A DNA stretch of 49,563 bases from Lama guanicoe (taxonomy: Eukaryota), in NCBI GenBank assembly GCA_013239625.1, contig MU054117.1, forward strand, positions 3,100,011 to 3,149,573, in the 5' to 3' direction. Below are positions 35,991-47,304 of this stretch, piece by piece. The notes under the pieces are model-generated. The model saw nothing but the letters and a program-made list of their open reading frames with translations, made no database searches and was not told the DNA's origin. Every line of letters starts with the position of its first letter. Position 1 is the first letter of the stretch. A program made the position numbers and the translations under genes.

Positions 35991-36578
35991 GGTTACTAGG
36001 GGTTTCAGAACCAGTCTCATTTTCTTTGAGAGAGGCATTGTCTTACTCCAATTAGTTTAATCCAGTGGACTTCATGCATTTTTTTTAAAAAGTGAAATTC
36101 TTTCCACACTTCCAGGTCTGAAGACCGTCACCACCCCCCAATCTTGGTGGCAGGCTGGAAGATTTTTTTTAAATGTTTATAACAATGGTTCATTGAGCAA
36201 CTACCAAAAATGAAGTGGACAGCTGAGGCAATTTTCTAGATAATCCCCACCCCAAATCGGGGACGCCCGGGCTGAGTGATCAGGACAGTTGTCCCAGGTC
36301 CTGCCTCATCTTGCCCAGCGAGGACCTGTCTGTTTTACAGATCCTTCACTTAGCCAGTTCTTTTAAAAGTAATGCTGGTTCACTATTTGGTTCTGACTGC
36401 GTGAAGGCAGCACAATGATTCCTTGCAGGAAAGAGAATGGTTGTGCCTCTTCGCCACCATCTCAGATGCCAGTTTTCAACAGATGTTCGGTTCCGATCAG
36501 TAATCTTAATAGCCTCACTTGTAGTCACTTTTGGAAAAGCCAGAAACACAGCCCCGTCTACTGCCTCAATTTGTTTTT

Positions 36579-36714
36579 TTTATTAAACTATAATTGACTT
36601 ACAATGTCCTGTTAGTTTCAGTGGTACAGCTTCAGATTCCTTTGCATTATAAATTATTGCAGGATATTGAATATAGTTCCATGTGCTCTACAGTAAATCC
36701 CTGTTGTGTCTCTA
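36579..36714 (-). mobile_element. Short L1 3' end insertion with TSD
   Basis: TATAATTGACTTACAATG...GATATTGAATATAGTTCC. TSD GCCTCA(A)TTTGTTTTT at 36563-36578 and 36715-36729. Confidence 0.85.
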
Positions 36715-36875
36715 GCCTCATTTGTTTTTACCACGTCCCCCTGAAGGGTCCTAGACACATATGAGTACTGCCAGTTTGCAAGGAGAAAAGTGAAACTCGG
36801 AGAGGTTACAAGACAGGTCCATGGTCATACAGGGAGGCTACAGTCACATCTGAACCACAGTCCAAGTCTCCAGAT
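36715..36875 (-). mobile_element. MIR SINE
   Basis: GGAGAAAAGTGAAACTCGGAGAGGTTA...CCATGGTCATACAG...TGAACCACAG. Confidence 0.65.
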
Positions 36876-36934
36876 CTCAGGCACGTTTGAGGACATTTGA
36901 GAAATCTCCTCCCATTCTTTGGGGAGGGTCAAGA

Positions 36935-37574
36935 TTATACAGGAAAAATGGAGCACAAGAGGATGGCCATGTCCCAGGTCTCAGGGGAGTCCCTAGGATG
37001 CGCCCCATCAAGCGAGGGTCTTTGGCTTCGGGCAGGAAAAACTCAAGAGTGAGCCATAGTTGAGTAAAAGCAGATTTATTCAGAGAACTACACACTCCAT
37101 AGACAGAGCACAGGCCGGCTCTGAAGGCCAGAGAGGCCACGAGGTGTGGGCATGGGTGTTTAGTTTAAAATAAAAGCAGTCACCCACTCCACAGACAGGG
37201 TGCAGGCTGTCTCATGCAGCCACGAGGCGCTGGGGCGGGTGTTTTCATGGGCTCGGTAACTTTGTATGCTGACAAGTGGGAGGATTATTCCAACTACTTT
37301 GGGAAAAGGGTGGGGATTCCCAGGAATTTGGCCGCCACCCATTTTTTAACCTTTTTTGCTCAGCCTTGCAACTGTCACGGCGCCTGTGGGAGCGCCACTC
37401 ACCACGCTAATATATTACAATACACGTATAATGAGGCTCAAGGTCACTGGAAGTCTAATCTCCTGCCATCCTGGGCCTCAAGGCCTATGGGGAGTTGAAG
37501 CTTCCACCATCTTGGCGCTAACTGCTGTGTCCTTCTTCCAATGGCTGCGCCCTGCCCGCTTCCCTCCTGTCTCA
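36935..37574 (-). mobile_element. MER41-like ERV1 LTR, copy 1 (solo)
   Basis: Reverse complement begins TGAGACAGGAGGGAAG and ends TTTTCCTGTATAA. Homologous along its length to 47305-47914. AATAAATCTGCTTTTACTCAACTATGGCTCACTCTTGAG is a MER41-type R/U5 region. Confidence 0.85.
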
Positions 37575-37699
37575 CAGCCTCACGAGAGACAGCTTACGTC
37601 CTGACAGCCTGACACAATTCAAGGAATGCTGGAGGACCACTTTTCCTTCCTGTCTACCCCTTCACCCAAAAGAATTCCTCCCACTTAGATGCCTGAAGT

Positions 37700-37840
37700 G
37701 AGTCATTCCTTGGAGGACTCCCAATCACAGGTCCAAAGACGGTCTGGGGCTGAGTGTGTGTTGAGTCAGTACACCTGGGGTGGAGCCCAGGGACTGTACC
37801 TGTTCAAGGCTCCCCAGGTGACGTGCAGCCAGGCTTCAGC
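37700..37840. mobile_element. MER5A-like hAT fragment
   Basis: TGAGTCAGTACACCTGGGGTGGAGCCCAGGGACTGTAC...CTCCCCAGGTGA...TGCAGCCAGG. Confidence 0.6.
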
Positions 37841-38706
37841 TCAGTTTAAGTTGAGCCTTGCCTTTGCAGCTGTCCTCGTTTGCAAAAGAAGGCACCTAGG
37901 AGGGATAAGCCCAGAGGACCAGAAGCTTGATGCAAAATTTCCCTGGTCCTGAGAGACGGTCCTCAATGAAAGGGCTCCCTGTTCAAATATGCATGGCGCT
38001 GCTAGGCACACTTTTTGTCTTGTTGCAGGTGAGCTGTTCATATCAGCATGGTAAACAGCTCTCGGAATTCTTAGTAAAACCTGGTCAGCACAGCATTTCC
38101 CCGATGGACCTGATCCAGAAACCGCCCCCATTTCCCCCAAAAAACGTTAGGGTTCCACGGGACTCACTTTGGGAAACACTGACTCTGTGTAAACCCCCTT
38201 CACCGTGCTCTCTCTGGGTCCCTGGGAAAGTGAGGGAAGATTAGGGGAACTGGAAAAGTTTCAAAAAGTTGAAAACATTACCCCATAAATGCTCATCGAT
38301 GTCATAGTTGTGCTTGGGACCAGCTCGATTTTAAGGTCTCATGAAATACCCAGAGGCTGGGCGGGGTGAGGTCCAGGGTCCCTTCTAGGATGAACAGATG
38401 TGAAGAGTGGACTGAGAGCTGTGCCAGAAGCCAGGAGACGTGGGTCTCAAATGCTTTCATTTACAAGCTGTGTGATGACACCTGGCTGAGTGTCAGCTTC
38501 CTCAGACACACCCCGTAGGGCGGCAGGGAGGGTTCTGCCCAGCACTGGACACACATCTTGGATAAAATCAATGCTGGAAATCCATTAGGACTTGGCTTTC
38601 TCGATGTCTTGCATTTGAAGCCTTCCTTCCCACCCAGGTCTTCATCAACAGCTCCACTGAATTCTGTTCTGAAGTCATTCCGTGCATCAACCTTAAAACG
38701 GCGATA

Positions 38707-38832
38707 TTTTTGGAGGGGAAGGAGGTCATTAGGTTTGTTTACTTGTTTATTTTCCATGGAGGTACTGAGAATGGGACCCAGAGCCTCGTGCAGGCTAAGC
38801 TTGCCGTCTGCCAGAGGGCTGTGCCCTCCCCT
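38707..38832 (-). mobile_element. tRNA-Ala-derived camelid SINE (diverged copy)
   Basis: GGAGGTCATTAGGTTTGTTT...TGGAGGTACTGAG...CCCAGAGCCTCGTGCAGGCTAAGC...CCCTCCCC; degenerate TSD. Confidence 0.85.
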
Positions 38833-39510
38833 CTGAAACTGCGTGTTTTAAAGGAGGGGTCTGATATAGCCCCGACCACTGACTCGCCCTGCCCCGGGCC
38901 ATGCGCTCCCCTTCCTTTGCCCGTTCTCCCAGAGGAAGATTATTATAACCAGCCCCGGCATCTAACACAGCGGGTCTGCAGTTTCACACCAGGCTTGAGA
39001 AGTGGCGCTCCAAGGCCCCTGCAGCTCTTCTAAGCACGATAGAGGCGTTGAGGGATTTGCTGGGGTGGCCTGGCCCCTAATGAGTGGTTTTAGGCTCTGA
39101 GCAGAATGGATTGCTGCTGACAGGCAGTGTGGCCCACTCAGGCCTCTGGAATGTTATCGGCTCTCCTCACCGGAAGGCAGGTGTTTGTCTAGGTTGACCC
39201 AGGGTCGGGTACACCTGGGCTGAACCCGGCCAGTCTTTCCCCCAGGCCATCTCCACATCCTGACCCAGTCAGGGTCAGGGGCCACTGGAGATAAAGGTCC
39301 GGGGTGGTGATGGTTGGGGGGAGGTGGATTTCCAATGCATCTTGCATTCAGGGAAGACCCAGAAAAATTTCTCCAGGAACAGGTGTATCAGCAGGGGTTG
39401 TCGGGAAGCCAAACCTCAGTAACTTAGGATCGTAAGATGCTGCTCTGAACACCGAGGATTTTCATCACGACAGGCGAGCAATGCTGCGTACTGTTCCAAA
39501 AGCCTGGTAT

Positions 39511-39660
39511 GGGAAGGGTATAGCTCAGTGGTAGAGTACATGCTTAGCATGCAGGAGGTCACGGGTTCAATTCTCAAAGCCTCCATCAAATAAATAAATA
39601 TAAAAATTAACTAATTAATTAACCTAATTACCTCCCCCTCCAAAAAGCAAAAAAGAAAAT
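39511..39660 (+). mobile_element. tRNA-Ala-derived camelid SINE (Vic-1-like)
   Basis: GGGAAGGGTATAGCTCAGTGGTAGAGTACATGCTTAGCATGCAGGAGGTCACGGGTTCAATT...CCTAATTACCTCCCCC plus A-tail; retains an Ala-AGC-like anticodon arm. Confidence 0.93.
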
Positions 39661-42600
39661 TATTTTAAAGCCTTACGCTTGCCCTCGTGATGCCAGGAGG
39701 CAGCTTCTACTCCTCTCCTCATCTACATGTGCTTTAGTAACTTGCTTACATTTCCACAGCCATTCAGAGGTGACTGCAGCGAATGTGGGAAGTCTGGTTC
39801 CAGAAACAAAGACCCCCCCCACCTTGCTAGACTGCCTCTTTAACGTTAACGATGGTCTCAGCCTTTGAAGCTCCAAATGGGGCTGTAAAAAGCACGTTTG
39901 CTCAAGCTAGTGTTTCACAGAGCAAGACAGTCTGACCTTACAAACAGGACGAACCAAGAAACCAGAAAATGGGAGCCACGGGTTAGCACCCCCGTGAATT
40001 CCATTCAGCGAGATCCTCCTCCAATTACTTTGCGTCCGGGACCTCCCTGCCCTGGGCCCGGCACTCCCCCTGCCTGCAACGCAAACATGGGCCCAAACGG
40101 GTCCTTCAGGTGCTTTAACCTTCTCCTCCAAACTTCTGGGAGTAACTTGGAGAGGTGTGGCGGCCAGCACAGGCAACGGGGACATAGATTTCTTCACTGA
40201 GTCACCAGAGTCTAAAGCACCTCTCGCAGGATGTGCACGGCTGGTCATTCAACTGACCAAAGAAAATGAGGCCAGGATCCTCCCAGTAAGGCAGGAGACA
40301 ACTACGCAATAATGGAGCCACAAAAGAGAGGATCAAGCGCTCCAAAAGGAGCAAGAAAGCTCCGCAGGCCTTGGGAAGGGAGCAGCTGGCGGGGGTAATC
40401 CCAGAAGGCTTCCTGGAAGAAGGGCGACTGGAGTGTCTGCCATCACCAAACAGCTGTTGCGGCTCCAGAGCCAGCCCGGAAGCCCTCCTGGAGCCCCTGG
40501 CACGCTGCGTCACAGCGTCCCGGCTCCCAGAGCCCTGCCAGCCGCTGTCCCCAGCCACAGCTCTGAGGGCCCTGTCAGGACTTCCTGAAGGAACAGCTGC
40601 TCTAAAGTCGGGGCGGGGAAGAGCGGTGCAAGTTAATCCACTGATGTTCTGCCTGTGTCTCTTCTGTGCTGCCAGCCCCCTCCCCCCAGGAGGCAGCTAA
40701 CTGTGCCGGGGGGTGGGGGGAGCAATGGACAGCGGGGAGGGAGATCAGGCACCTTCCTGGGCCTCCCTGCCCTGGGGTGACTTCTCAAGTTAATGTTTCC
40801 CCCGCGTCCTCTTCTTCCCCCTGGCCTGCTGCTTCCCAGCTCTGCCTGCTCTAAAGGCCCCAGAAAGATAAATGATCGTGTTCACGTGAGACTGGCGGGT
40901 GGGGTGCAGGGGGGTGGGTACTGAAGGCCCATGTTCCTCGTTGTACTTGCCTTCTAGCTCTCCCGTGAGAAGGCATGCAGATTGAGGTTTATGTTGCTTT
41001 AGGGCTCGGATTGCGGTGCGGAGGCAGAGGAGGTAAGAGGTGTAGCAAAGACCACACAGCCAGCTGGCACCCAGACCCCTGAGCGGTGCCCAAGCCCCCG
41101 ACAGCTCAGGTGAGCACCGCTCCCATCGCTGACAGCCAATCTTCCTCAGCCTCTCACCCGATGGCCATGTAGCCGACACTCACATCACACAGACACGACA
41201 ACAAAATCCGTTTTGTCAGGGGCTCAGAGCGCTTTCTCAAATATGAACCTCCCTCCGAACTAACCGCAGATAAAACAGGGAAGCCTTGGTACTGCTTTAG
41301 GCACAAGCCCATTGCTCTAGGGCTTGGTTCCGAGTGCCTGGTTCGAGTCCTTGCAACACCGCGACATTCCAAAACCGCTGGGCCGGCTTATTCCCCGAGG
41401 ACAGAGGCATGCATGCATTTGTGGCCACTCGCCACACATTTGTCCGTTTATTCAGTCATGCCTTTGCAAAACATGTTTTAAGTGTTTCATGCTATTGTGT
41501 TCAATCTAAGGGGGAGGAGGACAGACACGAGGCTCCAAACAGAATTACTATCTTTTTCGTGTGGTTTACCCCTTGACACCTGCCATCTTGTGCAGTTCCT
41601 CGAGAGCCCCAGGAGGGGGTGCTGTAGGCCCCTTTCTACAGCTTGGAGGGTTGGGGAAACCTCGCCGGGACCCTAGAGCAGCAAGCAGGTGACCGGCACC
41701 ACGGCAAAGGCTCCCACATGGGCAGGCTCGGGAGCCACAGCTGAGGAAGAGGAGGGAGCCAGGACTGCAGCCTTCCTTCTGGGCCGCCATTCAAGGTCCT
41801 TGGAGAGAAAGGAAGGAAGCTCTCTGACCCAGGAAGGAAGATCAGGATGACGTGGCCATGCACAAAGGTGTGCTCCTGACCCCTCGATGGCTTTGTCCAT
41901 CATCCCCAGAGGGAGGTCTGCACTAACACGCAGGTCGTCAGAGGGCACGCTGTGGTTGGATCAGATGGATGCTGGGGTCACACCATCACTCTCTTCTTTG
42001 TAACCACACTAGATTGGAGGAGGGAAGACTTCAGAATTACTTTCATAAATAACTCAGACCAAGGCATTTAAGTGAAAGGGGGGGCCCAACGCTGACTCAC
42101 CAGCGGCTGGGGGAGTGGCAGGGGAGGGGACAAAGAGGAAACAGACCCCCAGGCCTCGGCCTGACCGGCCCCAGCAACCTCAGGGGCATCCCAGCGCCTG
42201 TGCCTGGACCGTGCACGGATGAGGTTCTCAATTACTCATTAGCCAGCTTGGTGCCGGCCCCCATGCCCTGTCCTTGGCTGCAAACAGAGACGAAAGCACA
42301 GCCGCCAGCCCTGGGAGCTCAGTGACTTCCTCAGCCGCTGGCATCACCGGAGCCAGGTGGCCAAGACGGACGGGAGGTCGGGCTCCCATTCTCCCCTCCG
42401 CTTCACCCAAACAAACGCCCACCCTTAGCGCAGGAGGGATGTAACCGACAGGGCAGGCTGCTTGAGCCCGCTCTGCAAGGACACCCAGGATGCGCTGATG
42501 AGAGGGAAGGAGCCCACGCCAAGTCCTTCGACTAGACCCCTGGGGCGGACGGCTCCACCCTCACCTCAGAAGTCACCTTGGGCTCAAGTTCAAGGTGTAG

Positions 42601-43486
42601 CCATGCTGTCCTGAGGCCCTAGTTCCCCTCAACCTCTGCTCCCCATCCGTCTCCCAGAAGGGGCCGTGGGTAGGTGCCCACGTGACCAGGTCTACACTTG
42701 CTTCTAAGCTTCTCTCCCGATCCCCCACCAACTGAGATCATAGAAATCTAGAAAGCAAGTCCCTCCCACAACGTGGCTGGGGAGATGCAGATGGCCTCCT
42801 AAGTCCCCGCTGCCCGGCTCAGGACCAGGCCTGGAACCAGTCACATCTCTGGGCCGCTATCTTGGCCCCGGGTCTCTGTCTAGGGCCCCATCAGTGGAAA
42901 CAGGAGGCTGATATTCTAAGCAGAGAGAAGGGAGGGGCGGGTGTTCAGAGCCTCCAAAGGGCCTGGTCCCTGATTCCCAAGCTCATTCTTGACTAAAAGC
43001 CAACCAGGGCTGAAGGCTCAGGGCAGCAACAGGAAATCTTCATCCAGCCCATTTTCTCAGCATTCGGGAAACATCCAAGTGACTATAATGTGCCAGGTGG
43101 GGGTAGATACAGAGACCTGGTCCCTGACCTCGAGGAGATCTTAAACTTGGGGAACACCAGGGTAGACAGAAGCAGTTCTGACAGTGAGAGCAGGAAGTTC
43201 CTGTTGCTCACAGCGGTCATGCAAGATGCCACCTTCATGCCCTCTTTCCTGTTACAAAAGAGGACACTGATGCTCAGAGTACGGGGCCAGGTGGCAGGGC
43301 TGGCAGTCACATCCAAGTCCGTACCGGTGCCTCGGGCAGGGACAAGGCTCAGCTGACGGAGGCGGCCACCTGGGAGTTGAATTTCCCCATCACCTCCTCC
43401 CACTGCTTCTTTCCCACCTCTTCTGCTTCTCACCTTGGCCCTCTGACCTTTGAGTCTAGATTTGACCTTTGCCTCCCTCATCTTCT

Positions 43487-44218
43487 TTTTGTTGTTGAAG
43501 TCTAGTCAGTTCACAATGTTGTGTCAATTCCTGGTGCACAGCATCATGCTTCAGTCATCCATATACACGCATATATTCCTTTTCAGATTCTTCTTCATTA
43601 TAGGTTTCTACAAGATATTGAATACAGTTCCCTGTGCTCTATAGTAGGACTTTGTTGTTTATCTATTTTATGTATAGTAGTTAGTGCCTGCAAATCCCGA
43701 ACTCCCAAATTATCCCTTCGCACCCCCTTCCTCCCCAGTAACCGTAAGTTTGCTCCCTATGTCTGTGAGTCTGTTTCCATTTTGTAAATCAGTTCATTTG
43801 TGTGGTCTTTTTTTTCAGATTCCACATATAAGCGGTATCACATGGTATTTTTCTTTTTCTTTCTGGCTTACTTCACTTAGTATGATCATCTCTTGGTCCA
43901 TCCATGTTGCTGCAAATGGCATTATTTTATTCTTTTTTATGGCCAAGTAGTATTCCATTGTATACATATACCACAACTTCTTTATCCAGTCATCTGTCGA
44001 TGGACATTTGGGTTGTTTCCATGTCTTGGCTATTGTAAATAGTGCTGCTGTGAACATTGGGGTACGTGTGTCTTTTTGAATTAGTTTCCTCTGGATTTGT
44101 GCCCAGGAGTGTGATTGCTGGATCATGTGATAAGTCTATGTTCAGTTTTTAAGGAACATCCACACTGTCCTCCATAGTGGCCGCACCAAATTACATTCCC
44201 ACCAACAGTGTAGGCGGG
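43487..44218 (-). mobile_element. LINE-1 fragment (ORF2 C-terminus + 3'UTR)
   Basis: ORF 43815-44126 encodes IQKDTRTPMFTAALFTIAKTWKQPKCPSTDDWIKKLWYMYTMEYY...MPFAATWMD, the L1 ORF2 C-terminus. Degenerate TSD CCTCCCT(CA/T)TCTTCT at 43472-43486 and 44234-44247. Confidence 0.96.
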
Positions 44219-44874
44219 AATGTTGGTGGGGACCCTCCCTTTCTTCTGTCACCCCTTATGCTTAAATCCATTCCTAGGCTTCCAACCATCACCTTTTTAC
44301 TTGCAGTTTCCAAACCTGAAGCCCCAGCTCACACCTCACTTCCTGCTCCAGATCCCTGTTTCATTCCCCAGTTATTCCAGGTCCTTAGCACCAGCCTGCC
44401 GTTCTCAGGCTGCTTTTCTCCAAGTCTCTGCCCTTGGCTTGGCTTTCAATGGCCTGAACCCCCTGCGTCAGTTTATTCTTATCCCAAGACTCCTGGCCTG
44501 TGTCTCTCTGACTTCTCTCCCTACATGGCTCTTTCCGCACGTTGTTGTCAGGCATCTTCCATGGTCCCTTAATACCTACGGAACATGTCCAGGTTTCCAC
44601 GGCACCCTCTGTGTTCTGCTGCCAACCTATTCCACACTCTCTCCTTCTCAGGTCCCATACCCCAGCGTGACTCTGTTCCTCCAGGGCATCTCTGCCGCCA
44701 GTGCCCTCCTGGACCTCTCTCCCCAGAGCTGCCCACCACGCTTCAGGATGCAGCTTGAGCATCCAGGGCTGGTTCCTAATCCCACAGTGAGACGTAAGCC
44801 CTCCCTGCCTGAATTCCTGGTTATTTCACGTCCTCAGACACTTGGGTCCCTCCATGTCTTGCACTTTGGTGCTG

Positions 44875-45040
44875 GGGGAAGGAGCTTGGGCTGTGAACTT
44901 GAAATGAGTGTGAATTCTGGTTCAGCAACTTCCTAGCTGTGTGACCTCGGATCCTTTAATAGGAGTCTTTCTCGCCCCCGTCTGTAAAATGGGCTAGAAG
45001 AATATAATTTCGCTGTGAATGTTAGAACTAAGACAGACAA
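44875..45040 (+). mobile_element. MIR SINE
   Basis: TGAATTCTGGTTCAGCAACTTCCTAGCTGTGTGACCTCGG...TCTGTAAAATGGG. Confidence 0.85.
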
Positions 45041-45094
45041 AAACACCCCCCACGAGCGAGGGATTGATAGACAGAAATTATTCACATTAAGATG

Positions 45095-45225
45095 CATTAA
45101 TTTATTTCCCACTAGAACATAAATTCCCAGAGAGTTAAGCTGACAACATCTATTTACTCTTTTGCATCCACCTTAGTCATCAGCACAGAGCTGGGAATAC
45201 AGAACTCTTTCAAGCAATACTAGCC
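45095..45225 (+). mobile_element. L2 3' fragment
   Basis: TTCCCACTAGAACATAAATTCCCAGAGAG...CAGCACAGAGCTGGGAATACAG. Confidence 0.55.
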
Positions 45226-46842
45226 AGATCCCGGCGAAACTGGAGGAATCAGGATTTGCTCTCGTCTCCTTGGCAGCCGCCCTGTCTGGGCCGCCTGGCA
45301 CCCTGGAGTCAAAGGTTCTGCGATCACAGCCCCTTCTGCTCATCGGCCTGCTTCCCCATCCCAAGAGCCTCCGTACCCCACTCCCCCCGCCCTGCACTCC
45401 TCACAGAGGGTGCGGTTTAGGGCAACGGCAGGAAGGACCTCAACTGCAGGTAGAAATGAATACTGAGAGCTTCTCAAAGGAGCAGGGATCATAAATCACC
45501 CTGAAGTTGGGAAGAAACCCCGGGAAGTAGTGCCACGCAAACCACAAGTCCCTTAACTTCTGTTAAGAGTGGCCCCGAACCCCTGGAGCCCTGGCAGAAG
45601 CCTCCTTTCTCTCTGTTGCTTGGCACTTGGCCACTGTGATTCTGGCTGAACCCCAGCAGCCCAGAGGCATGTAAAGACGGAACCCCCGACACCCCGGCCC
45701 CAGAGGCGAGTGCAGCCTGGGCCTCATGCCTCCATCGCCTTCTCCCTTCATTCAAACCCTGGGCGTCTCCAGGTTCTAAGCAGCGAAATGCAGGTAGACT
45801 AGGTGCCCTCATTCCGTCTTCCTTGCCTCCTCCATGGCTTCTCCTAGAATCCAGGCCGGAGACTGTTCATGTCTCAGGAGGGTGTCCCGGCCAGGGGTGA
45901 CACAGCCTGTCCCAGTCTCTGGCCTCTGCGCTGCCTAGGGAAGGCTGGGGGCCGGGCCCTGGAGCCTGGGAGGAGAGAACCCCAGTTGCAGATGCGAGCT
46001 TGCGAAAAGCTTTGATGTTCCGAGCAGGGTTGGCAGGCGTGGGAAGTGAGACTTCTGTTCCCCGGAGCTCCCACAGGCAACGCCTCCCGTGATCATATAA
46101 GGCCTCAGCCCAGCCTCAAGGTGCTGGTGAGAGTCTGTCTCGGCCCAGAGGAAACCAGGCCAGAACCAAAGAATGCACTTGAATCAAAGTGGAAAATTAG
46201 ACGCTGTGCAAGAGAAAGCTCTCCTCTCCAAAATATCTAAGCGTCCAAGTGCACCCCTGTCTAGCTGGGACAGGAGCCATCAAAATGCAAATGTGGGTTT
46301 TGAGAATGCTAATGTTGGAATTGGAGAACAATACTGAGACAGACTTCTTGGGGCCGGAGAGAGGGCCCCAGGGCAGGATGTGGGAGCCGAGTAGGGGGCA
46401 GGGATGAAAGGGGGAAAAGGAAGTAGATTGAAGGAGCCCGAGGGGAGAAAACAGCAGGAGTCAACTGAGGCTGAAAGAGGCCGGGCGGGCGGGCAAAGGG
46501 GAGCGCTGGGGGGACGGGTCAGAGGACCTGACCGCTGACGGCTGACCGCAGGCTGAGCGCCAGGGGAGGGGCGGGGGAGCTCAGGGAACGGCTCTGAGTG
46601 GCAGCCCGGGGGGCGGAGCATCAGGACGCGCCAGGAGTCTGGGCTTGGACTTGAGGTCAAGGCCTGGCGAAACAGACAGAGGGACCCGTGTTTCTGAAAG
46701 GGCAGTGAAGCCAGGAGACGTGCTCTGCTTGGGTGCAGCTGGCCGGCAAAGCAGGGAGTGAGGGGGCCTGGAGAGGGGGCTTGAGAGCCAGGTGGGGGCC
46801 AAAGCCAGGCTTGGGTTGGTGGGTGAAGGCGGGAGCTACCTC

Positions 46843-46935
46843 CCCAGGTTTAAATTCTGCTCTGGCCACTGCGGACAGGTTGCTTCCTCTCCGGGCCTTG
46901 CTTTCGCATCTGTGAAACGGAGAGCAGCAATGCTG
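46843..46935 (+). mobile_element. MIR fragment
   Basis: CCAGGTTTAAATTCTGCTCTGGCCACT...CCTCTCCGGGCCTTGCTTTCGCATCTGTGAAACGG. Confidence 0.7.
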
Positions 46936-47304
46936 GGAGGACGGAGTAAGTCCACACCGAGCCTGGTCCAGCGCAATGCCTTGTGATGTCTGTTGTCAGC
47001 ACCACAGACTGAGAAACCGAGGCTCAGGAAGGCCTGATGACATGTGCGACTCAGACCGCAAAGGAGCGGTGCAAACTGGATCCCAACTCGACGGTCAGAC
47101 ATGTGCCAGTCCACCTGCCTGTCCCCTGGTGTGGAAAACAGACCCCGGATGTGAGCCATGGGACCCCAGGGAGGCCAAAGAGTGGTCCATGTCGTGAAGC
47201 CCGGAGCCAGTGCAGAAACGGGAGCCTAGAGTCTGGAGCGGAGGCGGCCGAGAAGGAACCAGCTTGAAGTGGGGCTCACACAGAGGGTGGGGTCGACTCC
47301 TGAG

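Noticed and set aside
13574..39870. Five CCTTTGA(T/A) TCF/LEF motifs (13574, 17042, 20266, 21901, 39862)
   Set aside because: A few such 8-mers are expected by chance in 50 kb, and they are not clustered.
43815..44126. 103-aa ORF with clear protein similarity
   Set aside because: It is the C-terminus of L1 ORF2 in a 5'-truncated element, not a host gene.
44220..44936. 238-aa ORF (similarly the 225-aa ORF at 8311-8988 and the other short ORFs)
   Set aside because: No recognisable protein similarity, frequent non-ATG starts, overlap with decayed repeats, and many overlapping ORFs on both strands. This reflects stop-codon scarcity in GC-rich non-coding DNA.
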